A DNA stretch of 64,000 nucleotides, from NCBI GenBank assembly GCA_051362555.1, contig JBPQGU010000016.1, positions 620,001 to 684,000 on the forward strand, in the 5' to 3' direction. This document shows positions 1 to 13,106 of this stretch, in pieces. Under the pieces are notes generated by a model, which saw nothing but the letters and a program-made list of their open reading frames with translations, was not told where the DNA came from and made no database searches. A program made the translations under genes and the position numbers. Positions within the stretch are counted from its first letter, which is position 1. Each line of letters opens with the position of its first letter. Source of the stretch: Lingula anatina (Eukaryota; Animalia; Brachiopoda).

Positions 1-268
1 ATCAATTTTATTGTAAATTTTCTTCTGTTGCTTAAATTTGTGTAGAAAGCACATTTCAAGAGAATATGACATTGGGTATGAAAGGCAAATCATTTATCTC
101 ACCACCCCCACCCCCCTAAAAAAATGTTCATTTAGCATCAATTGTCTTTAGTTAAATGGTCCTACATAATTTCTGTAGAGTTTATCCCGACCCAAAAGTT
201 TTTGCTGAAACTTTTTGACTATACTGTCTATGAAACCATCTATATCTGTCTTTCACTAAACGACACAC

Positions 269-3200
269 CTGTGCAGTTGATCCCGTCACCAGCATAATAT
301 GGTTCACAGCTACATTTGAACGAGCCTCGAGTATTAGTACATGTAGAATGTGTCCCACAGTTGTGCATTCTGCTAGCACATTCATCTATGTCTTTCATAA
401 ACACAAGATAGAAAAACACTGCGGTTAAAAGCAACATCGGTAAAATATCGTGGTTTGTTAATTAACATACATTACTAAATGAGATACTAAACCAGAAATT
501 GTCTCTTTCTGCTAACCTTTTAGTCCCTTCAATGTAGAGTGGTATTACTGTTAAATCTGCTTTTCATCAAACTGTACAGATGAGATAGAAATGTAGAAGA
601 GAGAGAGAGAAAGAGAGATGAAATATAATCGGCTGAATATAATATCTGCCGCCTTTTTGTCAGATAAGCATGAAACGTATTTTAAAAGAGAGTCATTATT
701 CAACGAGTTTTGCAAAAATATAAGAAATTCATTTCATATACCTTCGCACACTATCCCATTTCCTCTAAAACCCGTGCTGCACGAACAGTTGAACCCGCCG
801 TAAAAGTCGGTGCACGTGGCGTCTTTTGAACAGTTATGAGAACCATCGGTACATTCGTTGACTTCTTCATTGACATGCGACAAATAAAAACATTTAATTT
901 GAACGCAAATCACATCAGGATGTATCACAATGAGTATACTTTATAAAATACAACACAATATCAAAATAAGGTGTTTTTTATCATACTCTTTTAGTCATAC
1001 CTGTATATTTGCATAATAGTCGTTCATGACCGTGCATGTAAATTTATATAATGCACTAAACATTACAACAACTAAATGAGAAGTTGAAGTAAAGATCTAC
1101 AAATATGTAAATGTCATAACATGAAAGCCAGATTCTATTGAAACACTCAATTTTTCAAGATAATTAAAAACCTCTACAAAAGCGTCCGTTCCCTGTGAAG
1201 CCTTCCCGACATACACAACGATAACTTCCGGCGGTGTTTTGGCACACTGCCAAGTCGTGGCACCTTGGATTCCCCGTCATGCATTCGTTTATATCTGAAA
1301 CATATAAGTATGCATTTCACAGATTTTTCCAAATATTCAAATGTCTAAATCGTATTCTGGTCAATTTCTAATAGGCACATGCTACCAAATAGATTTTGCT
1401 GCAATTTGTTACATAATGTCTTTGAGACAAAATGTTCATACGCTTGTGGTCAGGTCATGAAAAAACAGTTGTTGGGTTGTTACAACTGTGCGTTGGTTTT
1501 AAAAATACTCTTAAAAGGAAGACATTTTTTATTATTAATATATCATTATAACAGTCTTTAAATAATAATAATAATAATAATAACGAGTGTGGTACACAAG
1601 CTTTACCTGTACAATTGATACCATCCCCAAAGAACCCCTCATCACAGGAGCAGGTGTAGGAGCCGATGGTGTTGAAGCACCGAGCACGTGGGGAGCATCT
1701 CCAGGCACCGCCCTTACACTCGTCTATATCTGGAACGGTGACGCCGTGTTACATGTTAGAAAAAAAAACCTTACTAATTGTAAAATCACAGGGGAGGGGG
1801 GCATTTTAGGCTTTATTCTAAAATTACTCCACCATCAAATCAATACACATGACTGTGCATACCCAATAATCCGAACACTATAATTCCAGATGACTTGAAA
1901 ACCCTTTTTTACGGCATTTTGAAACTTTCGGCATATATTTTTCCAACTAGAAGTACGTGTAATGAATGTGTAGTGGTGATAGAATAAACATGACATATTC
2001 CTACTCTTTCATCAATTATATCATTGTCGTTTTTTGCATAAATTTAGCCAAGTGGACATACATGACGTTACATACCTTCACAAACGTCACCTTTGCCAAT
2101 AAAACCATCGTTACACGTGCACGAATAGGAACCCGCCACGTTGAGACAAAACGCGTTGACGTCACAGTCATTGGATTTTTGGGGAGGCATCGTTGCATTG
2201 CACTCATCCACATCTGAGTTAAACCGGGTGACAAAAATATTAGCTACGAATTTTTATTGCAATACAGTAATGACAAACAATATCGCGTATGGATATTATG
2301 CAATATTCGTGCATTATGATTTTGTGCACTTTCCTGTGTAGGTCGAAAGCCGTAGTAGTTTTGGTATTTATCGTTTAATTTTTTCCAAGTTTCTTATACG
2401 CTGCAGGAGGGCATACAAACAGGAGTGAATCAAATTTAAAACAAGCGATAAATTGCCCTCGTTTTAAACTACTCTAATTAAAGCACGGGGCGTACATTCT
2501 GACGTCGATATCGATGACTAGAGATAATCCCGCCCGACGAGTTATTTCTGGTTTCTCATTTGTCTTCTTCATTACTTTCTTTTATTTATGTGTATGCTTG
2601 TTTATTTACTCATATCGACTCACCGTCACATAATGTCCCGTTTCCAGTGTATCCCTCTAGGCAAGTACAGGTAACTGTTCCGTTTTCCACCAGGCAGATA
2701 GCGTTTTTATCACAGGTGTTGTTTGAGGGCTCGCACATGCCTTCCTGGCGTACTAACGAAAGCGAGAGTATTGTGATTACGGCAAACTGATATGAGATAA
2801 TCCGAAAGAGTTATCTTTCGTATCCTGTATGTTCGATGTTTTTCTTCCTTTTCTTCACTTATTTTTCTACCGGTAGAGGGCAAATGATGGAAACTCGACA
2901 CACAGAAGTTAAAAAAAAGGTTTTCCCTAAAAATTACTGTTTCTTTTATTTTTGTTATTTTGTAAAGAAAATTGCCTACTTTACTGATATGGAACAGGCC
3001 TTTCTCGATCCACTAGTAGTAGTAATAGTAGTCCAGACTTACCATGGCACACATACCCGTTACCCACAAACCCGTCTTCACAGTGGCATGTGTAGGACCC
3101 TGGGAGGTTATGACAGACAGCGTGAGGGTCGCACCTGCTGTACACGCACTCGTCTATATCTGTGAAAAGGGGAAATATGGCGGATAAGGAAAATAGCATA

Positions 3201-6200
3201 AGTATGGATTTAATAAATATACCAACTGTTTATAGAAAATTATTTTGTCACCAAATAACACGTACAAAGTGAATGCAAGGGCATGAGAAAGAAATTGTTA
3301 GAAGGAAACGATGAGGTTAAGACCCTGATGCAGCATAAGCTTTCCTTTTTCTCGACGTAATTACAACAATTCTCCTTTCATCAAAGAGGCATGCCCTATC
3401 CATAATTGCCTTACTAATAGACCTACGGTACCAATCCACTTCCGTACCTGCGCACGACGAAGTGTTCCATCCATATCCGGTGGGACAGCGGCAAGTGTAC
3501 GACCCCACTGTGTTGACACACCTCCCCACGCCACAGATCCCTGTAGTCCCGCACTCATTGACATCTGTTTTAATATTGAATGATTAAAATACTATAGTGG
3601 GCTGTACAAAACCGAAGTTATTTAATTGGGGCCATACAGGGTAATCATAATTGAAACAACAGTGTCTTACAAATTTTAAAAAGACGGATTTCATTTTAAA
3701 TTAAAGGATTTGCTTCATACCGTCAGAATGGCCTCAACGGAACATATTCTTCAGAAAACATGCCCAACTAACGATATCTTTATCCAAATACACAAATTAA
3801 AAGCTCATTCTGTAAATTTTTGGCTTTAAAAAACGTCCTATTTGCTCGGCCTGGGAGTTAATGAGCTACGTGGTCACGTGGTCCGATGACGACAATCGAG
3901 CCACTGGAGAACAGAGCGTGCTTAGCTGTCAAACTGAGCTGCATTGTCTACCTGTAACATGACTTCTCTGGCTTCTGATAAAAGTTAATACTCATTCAAA
4001 TCTCTTACCCGAGGGATCTAAATCCTCATGAAGCTGTGTAAAACCATTCCCGTCTAGTCAATTCTTTAACGAGCATTTAATTATGGTTATCCCAAGTTGT
4101 ATAAAACACTGCATTTGAATGAGTAAAGGGTACTGTGGATTATTGCATATGAGGGCCATGTTATTTGTGAAATTCAATTAATTTTATTAAACCGCTGACA
4201 CTCCGTCTTGGATACTTTTCTTAAACTGAGGTAAACGATGCCCGTTACCTTTACAAGTCCCATCTTAATCATCCATCTAACTGGAACTTCCTTTACCTCT
4301 TAATTAGAGGGTTAAATGGCTGGCGATATTTATCTCAGGTAAAAATCTACCTGTGCTTTAGTTTCAAAGAGCAGCTCCTGCAGACCTGGGGGTACTAGAT
4401 AAAATCTGAACACCGGGTTTATTGAGGAGCTAGAGAAACAAAGGAAGAATTTTTCCTGCACAGCTTCATAGGAATTTTAGCACGGACTTGATCCAGCTTA
4501 GACCTTCTAATTAACAGGGTGACATGGGCAATTTTCAAATACAAAATAAATAATAAAACTATATTTCAGTTAGCCTCCTCTTAAATAAATATATCGTTCT
4601 GGATAAATTAGAACATTTATTAAATCGACAGAAAATTTTTGACTTACATGATGATTTAATTATTAATGGAAATTAAGCTACTATATGGGGCACATTTGCT
4701 GAGATTACGCTGTTCTTGATGTTTTGCGTTATTCTACATTTTGCTGTGCGTGCTTGGAATTTTTTTATTTTTTATACTCACCTATGTAAAACTCGTATTT
4801 TAGTAAACATTCAAGTAATGATTTTTCCCATGCTACTTATAGCAAACAATGCTCTTTTACCTTGATCTGCTACATGTTTTTGGGTTTGACAAAGCATACA
4901 AATTTGCAAAAAGTTTTGTGTACAGACGCAGAACTTGTATTTCAAGGTATAAAATGATAAATCTTTTAAATTATTTTATACTTCAGATGAAATAACATTC
5001 AGAAACAAATCCTCAAAGCATGAACGAATTAGGAGTTCGATTTTAGTACATAAGTTCCTATTTTTTTCTTTTATATACCGCTCTTTTTTCTGTTTGTTCT
5101 TCAACACGTTTTCTTCCACGGAAGTAATGCCTGGGCATACGCATGCTTCAAGTTACCCTGAGAGCAATTACTTTTATTAATGTTCGCGACGGTGTTTGAA
5201 CTCAATTGTTTAAATATTGATATTAAACGTCATTTACAAATACCAATAAAATCACCCCATGAAATAAATGAGATATTTTGAAAAATATGAAAGCCCACCA
5301 AGACGATTTTGATACCTGTTATTACCTGGGTTGGGAAGTGCAGCGGTGCATAATTAACAGGTTTGTTGTAAACGAGCTTTTGGTCAACTACAATGCATTT
5401 AAAATGCATCAGCAATCAGTAAGTTTGCCAACTGATGACAGTTAATCTGAAAGACTACCAGCTCTTGATATGGATCTAAACCACCTGAGGTGACCATGAT
5501 CTAGAGCATCGCAACTATTGTCACCGAAGTTAGTAAGTCACGGAAGACCGTCACAGACAAAGAAAGATTGTCAAAGAGAGCTGCAATTTTGGTGAATCCC
5601 ACGGCAACACACCGAGGCATAACGAAAATTCCTCAACTCCGTTCGACACAACTTTCCTTAACTTCTCCGTCTGTACTGTATGCACCATGCAGCTCAGTTG
5701 AGTCTCATAGACCTTTATCGTGATTGTCGTCACAGTACCACGTGACCTAGATCTGTTGCTTCGTTTATGCATATTGAGGTGAGGTTTACTAAAATGCTTT
5801 TTGTCTACTAATAGATTGTTTTTATAATTTTTAAATGACGGGGATCGATTAAAACATAACTGTAGTGTATAGATTAAGTGCTGGATCTTCAGAATTCGAG
5901 AAATGGATTTTTATATGATTATTGTCCTTTAAGTCATATCAGAGGAAGATAATTTTTTATTTTGTAAAACGATTATTTAAACAGCGTGTTCTCTTTTCAA
6001 CTGAATGAATGCAGACAGAATACATGACACTAACGTACCCATATTGTAATACAGATGTTATAGGGTTAGATTATTCAACCTTGTTCCCTGGAGTATGCAA
6101 ATCTTTAATCAAACTCAAAACGGTCTTTAGCCCCACCGCCATATTGCAAAATCAAACCAACCATTAGATTTATTTTGAAAACCTAAACTATGTATTACTG

Positions 6201-7955
6201 GACACATTCATCACAACCCCCGCCGTTACTTCATATTACTGGTTACATCAAATACATGACAATATATAAAGTTTACCGTCACAGGTTCTACCACTTCCAG
6301 TGAACCCAGCGAAACAGGAACACTTGAAGGAGCCATCGGTGTTGACACATCTGGCATTGGGGTGACAGTCGTGACTTCCATCTTGACACTCGTTAACGTC
6401 TGAAATACATGTACTAGTACATACAGGGTAACGGAGAAGTTCGTCACTCATGTCAGTCTGACATGTGACCACATCTTTCATGTGTCATGTCAAATTAGGC
6501 ATATGTTCGTCTGACAAAATAACAATCTCTGGCCATTAACAAGAATGAAAAGTAGTAATTCAGTTTGCTGAGTAAAGTTTTTTTTACGATTTATGCAAAT
6601 TATATTAATGAGTCAAGATATAATTGTAATTATCCTGGGAAATTATTTTGAACGGCATTTCGCTTGATTTGGCAGTTGGCGGAGTATCTGCAGAATAGCC
6701 GAAGGAGACGATCCAAATGCGTAGCCTACACATTTGGGAAGGAAATGAGTACGTTTTTCTCTATACATAATCCTCCACTGATTTTTTTAAATCAATTAAA
6801 TGATCTTGACAATTAAGAACAAAGGTCGTGGTGATAGCTTCATTTAGATTTGTCACGCGCTTCATTTTTGACCAAAATAGCTATAAAACGAGAATTTTCA
6901 TCAGTAAAAGGTAATTTGCATAAACAAATCACATTTCTCGAAATCATTACCTTGACAAAACGTGATCCCGTCCCCATGGTAACCCGCTTGACATGCGCAC
7001 TCCCAACCTTCCAGCGTTGGATGAAACTGTTTTATAATGTTCTTGCACACCCCTCTGGAATGAGTGCAGTTGTGCAGTCCGAGGGCGCATTCATTGGTGT
7101 CTGGAGACGTTTTTGAATGCAAATGTAAATAAACAGATAAATAAAATTAATGAATAATAGATATATACGTTTCTCACCTTACTTGAAAATTGAAATCGAA
7201 TGTAATTGGATTTTAGAAAGTAGTAGTCCAGTAGTCCGTAGGACTAGGACACTGATTGAGATAACGTTTTTATTCTGTTTGTGCTGAATGTGTTTGGAAT
7301 TATATAAATGATGTAAATACTGGTTGGCCTACCTGTGCTAAAAGTTGAAAAGAAAATAATTTAAAAATGGCAATTCGTCGACCATTTCCCATAAAGGAAA
7401 GTAGCAATTCTTATTGCAATGTTTTCACTAACAAGAAAGAAGTATAAGGAGACGGGTACTGACCTTCTACGAACTCCAGCCGAAAACCTTCCCGTTTGCC
7501 TCTACTTCCTCTGTATAGCACAAGTGCCTCGTTCTGAACTGACTCAAATTCCTGGATGTGGGGCTGCGAACCACAAAACCTGAAACAAAAAAAATCAACA
7601 CCGCTACATTTACGTGCAAAGTCTTTGAATAGGCCCTACAACAAGGTGATGTCTAACATCAAACCTTCCGAACCTTCTTTACAATAATTTTCTTGAAACG
7701 CGTCTACTCATACATGTTCACGCTGTTCATGTACTGGGATTTATGTTGAATATCATAACGTTTCACTTGAACGCATACTGTACATGTACCAGGTGTATGC
7801 CAAGATTTTGTTCTGAAGATGCCGTATTCCACTACAAACTTACCTGGTACACTGGTATCTACTAGACCTTGTGTATTATGATAGAGTGATAACCACTTTC
7901 TATTCAGACATGTTAAGAATTACAGGTACCGGATGGTCTACATCCTGGTACCAGA

Positions 7956-8023
<68 letters not shown>

Positions 8024-11000
8024 TTACCAACATTAAGTCTGACATCCAAAATAACGAGACTATAATACTATATTCAAAGTAAATGAGATATGTACATGAG
8101 ACGTGTACATGAGCCTACCTTGCCCCAGTATAGGTCAGACCGTCAACACGGACCTCCACGAAGTCTTTACAAGCCCAGTGGTTGTAGGTGGCCACTTGAA
8201 ATGGGCCCTTGAAACGGAACCCCAAGACACTCCCTGTGCTCTTCTGAAACAATACGAAAAATACATGCACTGTACTCAATCTTTGTGCAAAGAATATTAT
8301 TACTATTCGAATTGTGTCAGAAATTGAGGTAGCGTTTTGCTGCATTTTCCCTGGAAAATATAGTATGACGGTAGCTCTATAGGCCTATAGTTGGGAGTGC
8401 CCCTTCCGCCTTCGGTATTTCGTTATTTCTTCCTATCCATACGCTTACAGTCTGTGTTAAGAAATTTATTTAATTTTTCATTTATGGTCAATGTCACATC
8501 TGCAATAACGACAGTTGGATCGATTTACGTAGACCGATGGGAATGACCCCTCATAAACGCGTTGGGCGACAAATCTACACTTAAAAACGAATTAAGACCA
8601 CCATACTGTTTTGATAATCCAGTTACACTCCGTCATGCCGTGTTCCCATGGCTCGTGGCTTGGAGACGATAGAATCTGGGCTTTATCGGTAGCTGTATAT
8701 TCCCCATAGCATCCAACAGAAGCTACAGAAATGATAAAAATCTCAGAATAATTTCTCGTGTTTTATATACAGCAAGATAATACAAATAAACCTGAAGATG
8801 CATCAGTTCAATTGACAGCAGATTAGAATTCAAGGATCGATATGGGATGATAATTCCGAGCGACAAAAAAAAAAAAAAAAAACTCCTTCGGTTGCATGTT
8901 CCCCAGTAGTATAAGAATATTTTAGGATTGTGCAGAACCATAAAGATCGGATAAATATAAAAGTTATCTGATTTCGAGAATATCAGGTTAAAAGTATAAA
9001 GCTTCTCCTTAATTAAGCAAGCGTAGCAAGCTTTAAAGATATAGCCATACTTAGTTTTACTTGCGTGCAATCCCCTGCTAAGCCTTCTGGGCATTTACAC
9101 TGACTGCAGGCATTGGGGTCTTGATAACCGTTATTTTTACAGACGGGAGCAGTTGTTCCTTTGCAAGAACGAACTAGAACAAATGGGAAAAATAGTACGA
9201 ATAAACTTTAAAGAGCCTTTCACATTTCCGCTCGAACCTCGCTTTTGTGATAAAATACATACGATATAATACAATATAACAAGGTACAAGGAAAGATTAA
9301 TACATTAAATGTATCATAAATCCAAGGTTAAATACATTGTAGGCTTACGAGTTATGGTATTGGTGCTCGTCATTTTACTGGTGTGTGTGTGTGTGTGTGT
9401 GTGAAGATACCCACGCTCAAAATTAGCAAAAAACTATTTCAAAGAATGAATTTTATAGGAACAGAAGAGACGTGTATATACATGTACCTGTGCAGTTGTA
9501 GGCCAGGTTGGCCAGCAAGGTGTCCGCAAAGCTCAGTTTGGACTGCCACCCCATGGCGTACTGGTACAGAGGGTTCCGAGCCTCCACGGCGTACGCCTTA
9601 GGAGGAATGCCAGTCCGCGCGAAGAACTAGAACGGAATAGACTTTTATTTTTCTTAATTTTTTTTGTGAGGGGGGGGGGGGGGGGTTGTTGTTTGAAGCG
9701 AAATAGGGGTGACAGCCAAGACACATGCCCTGAGATCCGCCGATTAACCCAGATTTAACCCTTTATAGGGCCTTATGCTGCAATGTGGGTACGTTCTAAA
9801 AGCACGCTCAGCGATTGCCATGTGGCCACTATTTTCAATAGAAAAACAACTGTTTGTAAGGTTAATGTTGTTTTATGATACGCTGTATATTCAAATGCCG
9901 TGGTATCCCACCTCTTTATTTTAAAATTCTACAGGTTGTATATTACAGCTTACTGTTTTATGGTATTCTTCTGGAAGTGAAACACATCAAACCATAAATA
10001 ATGTGCATTGGAAAGAAAACTGTCATCATTCCAAACATTTGCCGAATTTTTTATAGTTCATATTTCTTAAAATGACCGCCATGATGCGAATGCCACGTGC
10101 TCACCCGCATCCCATAATGCATTGCAGATCCCAAATCATATCTCACTCCTTTATTCACGGAGTTGGACGTCTTTCGATAGTTGTAAAGGCCTAGAGGGTC
10201 TATGTAGTCCTCGTTTACTACGATGTAGTCCTCGCGGTCTGGTCGGGATTGTTCGTGGTAAAAACCAACAGCGTGTCCCACCTCGTGAGCAACAATACCT
10301 AACTGTAAGGTTTTGAGAACATTTGATTAATTGGTTTTTAAACCTTGCAGTTTGACCGTTTAAATCTTTGCATTGGCAAACAAAAACGAATGCGCCAATG
10401 CTTACTTACAAGCACGCACGCACGCACGTGAACTGTATACAAGACAAAAAACTTTGTTATTTTTAAGAAAAAATAATAAAGACCAAATTGTTGCAGCAAT
10501 TATTATAAATTTTGTTATTTGAAATAAAGGTCGTACTGCATCTTCTTTAATCACAGAATGATGAATACGCATACTGAGAGGTAGCATTACTCACTGCAAA
10601 ACAGCCACGGTCAATACTGAGAAGCTGAGGACTCCTGTAACTGCCGATGTACGACCAACATCTGAAATTAAAATATTTCTACATGTATAATTGCTAGGCA
10701 GTTACATGTACACTCATTATGAGAGGCCCTCCTAGCTGTTTTAGGTGTTATAAAATCTACTGTAACAGCAAGACGGATCCTTAACAGAGAGCAAGTGCTC
10801 TCTGTTAAGTTATAAGTACTTCCCATCCAACACTCTAAGATGAGCCTGGATTATTTCTGGGTAAAATGTGGGTTATGGTTAGGTTAAATATGGGTTTAGA
10901 TTGGGTTAGATCTGGGTTTAGTCTGGTTAAATATGGGTTAATGCTCAGTAACATATGAGTGACAGTTACTCACCCTCCTCCCCTATGAAATAACAGGTGG

Positions 11001-13106
11001 TTTTCGGTGATCGTCTCCGAGTAATTGGTCTCTAGGAATCTAATACACGTGTTATCCTCCCAGTGCCTGAGTCCTTTCCGAATCTGCGCCTTCTCGGCTT
11101 CGTCTAAAATACAAAATGTCATAATAAAAACTAAAACCAAACAAAACAAATAGCAAAAAGAATTCAAGTTATTGATGCCATTAATAAGTACGTGTAAATA
11201 TAAGGTTGTAGAGGTTGTACTGCTCAGTGGACTTACCATAATGCTCTGGTGTAAACTTGTACTTGATAGGCAACGACCAGTAATACTTGCTATATCGGTA
11301 CATCTTTCTCTTTTTACGTTTGTCCAGACTATCTAAGAGTTCGGCAGCTTGCTGTGGCGTAAATGCTATGTCCCCTAACACGTTGTCTCTCACGGCTTGT
11401 TCACATATCTAGATCAATAGAAATAAAAGTCTGGATATAGAAAACAGTTATGTAGATATAGAAAATTGATGCCTTAAACCGGAGAAGTATTAATATCAAA
11501 CTAAATGACGTCACGGACGATGCGTTTGATCAAAGTTATCACTATTTCAAAATTATTCTGAAACCCCTCTTGTGTAGAAAAAAGCTCCACTTACTATATG
11601 ATATGTTATCTAAATGAAACTTTAAGTCTATTACTGGATGTTCGGTACAATTCAGTCTTATTGACGACGTTGCTTCTCCCTTACCTCTAAGGCTCTATTC
11701 CCATAGATTTTAGATCGATCTATCCCCGCGGGGAGTCTCACTAGATTACTTTCAGATAATCCGACTTAAATGTCCGTCCTGCCTACTACAAGCTGTAAGG
11801 GGGAAATTAACTTTCGTGTCCGCCCGGCTGACAGCTATTTAGCGTGAACCCCCAGGGAGTTAGGTCGATCTAAAGTAGGTCGATCTAATCTATGGAAATG
11901 GGGTGTAATAGTAGGCCTGCCAATATGTCCAGTTATAGATATTTAAATTTTATGTAAATAACTACCGGATGGCTAAACCACATGGTAATAGGTTGAAAGG
12001 CAATTAGTAAAAGACATAAAGACCTAACCTCTTCCAGATTCCTAGAATCTTTCTCTTTGGTGATCCGTCTGCAAACTTGCTTCAGAATTTCTGTCGTCTT
12101 CTCCATTTCTCCCGTGGACAGACCTCTCATAGACAGGAAGTCTTGGAGGTGTGACGTCACCGTGACGTCATCCGCAGAGAGCGAGGAGTCATCGTCTGCT
12201 GGAGACGGGTCTGGTTTAGACTGCGGTCCATCTGTCCCTTTGAGTGTCTGGGTGGCGGGGAAATTGTGTTATATACAGTCGTTGAAGTGACGGGTTATTG
12301 TGGAGAGAGAGAGAGAATAGGCCTACACACAGCAGCAATTTAGAAGCAGTGAAATACCTTTTTTTAAATCTTTTACTGGTTCACTGAGGAATAAATTGAT
12401 ATATAGCTCAGGGTTTGAACTTGCACTGGCATGTTCAGAGATTTTTGAATATGATAAAAGGAATATATAATTAGTCCAGATATATAGTCCATACGACATA
12501 ATCATCGCATGAAAGACCGTAAAAGTTTTAATTTTTTTTTTCAGGTAAACAGTAGTGATTTTATGTCCAAGAAGTATGGCAAAAATCTCCACCTGCTAGT
12601 TATCGTTAAATGAAATACTTGTTACGCTATTGGAACATGCATGTGCAAGCTCAAACTTAGAGGATGTATTTATGGACGTTCACAATTCTATTAAGTGTAT
12701 TGTAGCAATATACGGTTAACTTAAAATCGACTTACCGTGTCAGTTACTTCGTCTGACTTTTCACTTGACTCAGGGACAGGTAGACCCTGGGGCAATGACA
12801 TAAGATAAATTACCCACATGATTCCAAGGTGAGCATTGTGAATATCATGATCTATATTGTTAAACTTTATCTTATCTAACGCGCGTGTGCGTAAGAGAGA
12901 GAGAGAAAGAGAGAGAGAGCGTCATCATTCGAGAGAGAAAAAAAGTGATACGATGAGAGAGAAAGAGAGAGAGAGAGATAGAAAGTAATATTAAAAGAGT
13001 AACAATTAAGTCTTACCATGCTTGCTGCAAAAACAAACCGTACTGGACTTCCAAGAAAAACCAAAATCGTCCAAGCAAAAAGTCGACATATTTGGCATGC
13101 ACCCAT
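269..13106 (-). CDS. Astacin-family (M12A) zinc metalloprotease: signal peptide, prodomain, astacin, EGF, CUB, then at least 10 EGF/cbEGF repeats; 3' end lies left of the window
   Basis: Frame-consistent GT-AG exons: 13106-13017 ([21 protein letters not shown], signal-like), 12786-12736, 12247-12029, 11408-11237 (KRKKR furin-type site), 11103-10974, 10661-10595 (CWSYIG), 10302-10105 ([18 protein letters not shown] zinc motif; SAMHY Met-turn), 9626-9488, 9173-9051 ([21 protein letters not shown]), CUB 8722-8607, 8243-8119 and 7579-7464, then phase-1 EGF exons 7100-6951, 6399-6277, 3564-3448, 3159-3043, 2752-2624, 2213-2076, 1729-1607, 1294-1172, 864-742 and 391-269 (most start D[IV][DN]EC). 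Confidence 0.92.
3701..5932. mobile_element. Possible non-autonomous Kolobok-type DNA element in an astacin-gene intron
   Basis: Bounded by TTAA-AGGA (3701) and TCCT-TTAA (5932) with imperfect TIRs (ttaaaggatttgcttcata vs revcomp ttaaaggacaataatcata). It accounts for the unusually long 3565-6276 intron. No transposase seen. Confidence 0.4.
7958..8020. repeat. (TA)n microsatellite
   Basis: Pure TA run. Others at 38941-38996 and 45740-45817; (GA)n at 27953-28004 and 15930-15962; (CT)n(GT)n at 32604-32682. Confidence 0.95.
10855..10942. repeat. Degenerate ~11-bp tandem repeat (ctgggttaaat-like)
   Basis: About 8 imperfect units of [ct]tgggtt[ta]a[ga]t in an intron. Confidence 0.6.
11691..11906. 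mobile_element. PIF/Harbinger (Tourist)-like MITE, copy 1
   Basis: TAA-ggctctattcccatagatt...aatctatggaaatggggtg-TAA: imperfect TIRs and a TAA duplication. The interior is near-identical to 22224-22400. Confidence 0.65.

Noticed and set aside
8723-9094. 123-aa ORF and similar AT-rich or microsatellite ORFs in the track
   Set aside because: Intronic or off-frame, low-complexity and without domain motifs.
269-13106. Calling the protease BMP1/Tolloid, meprin or fibrillin
   Set aside because: Domain order differs (EGF before a single CUB; no MAM, MATH or TB domains seen), so no gene symbol was given.
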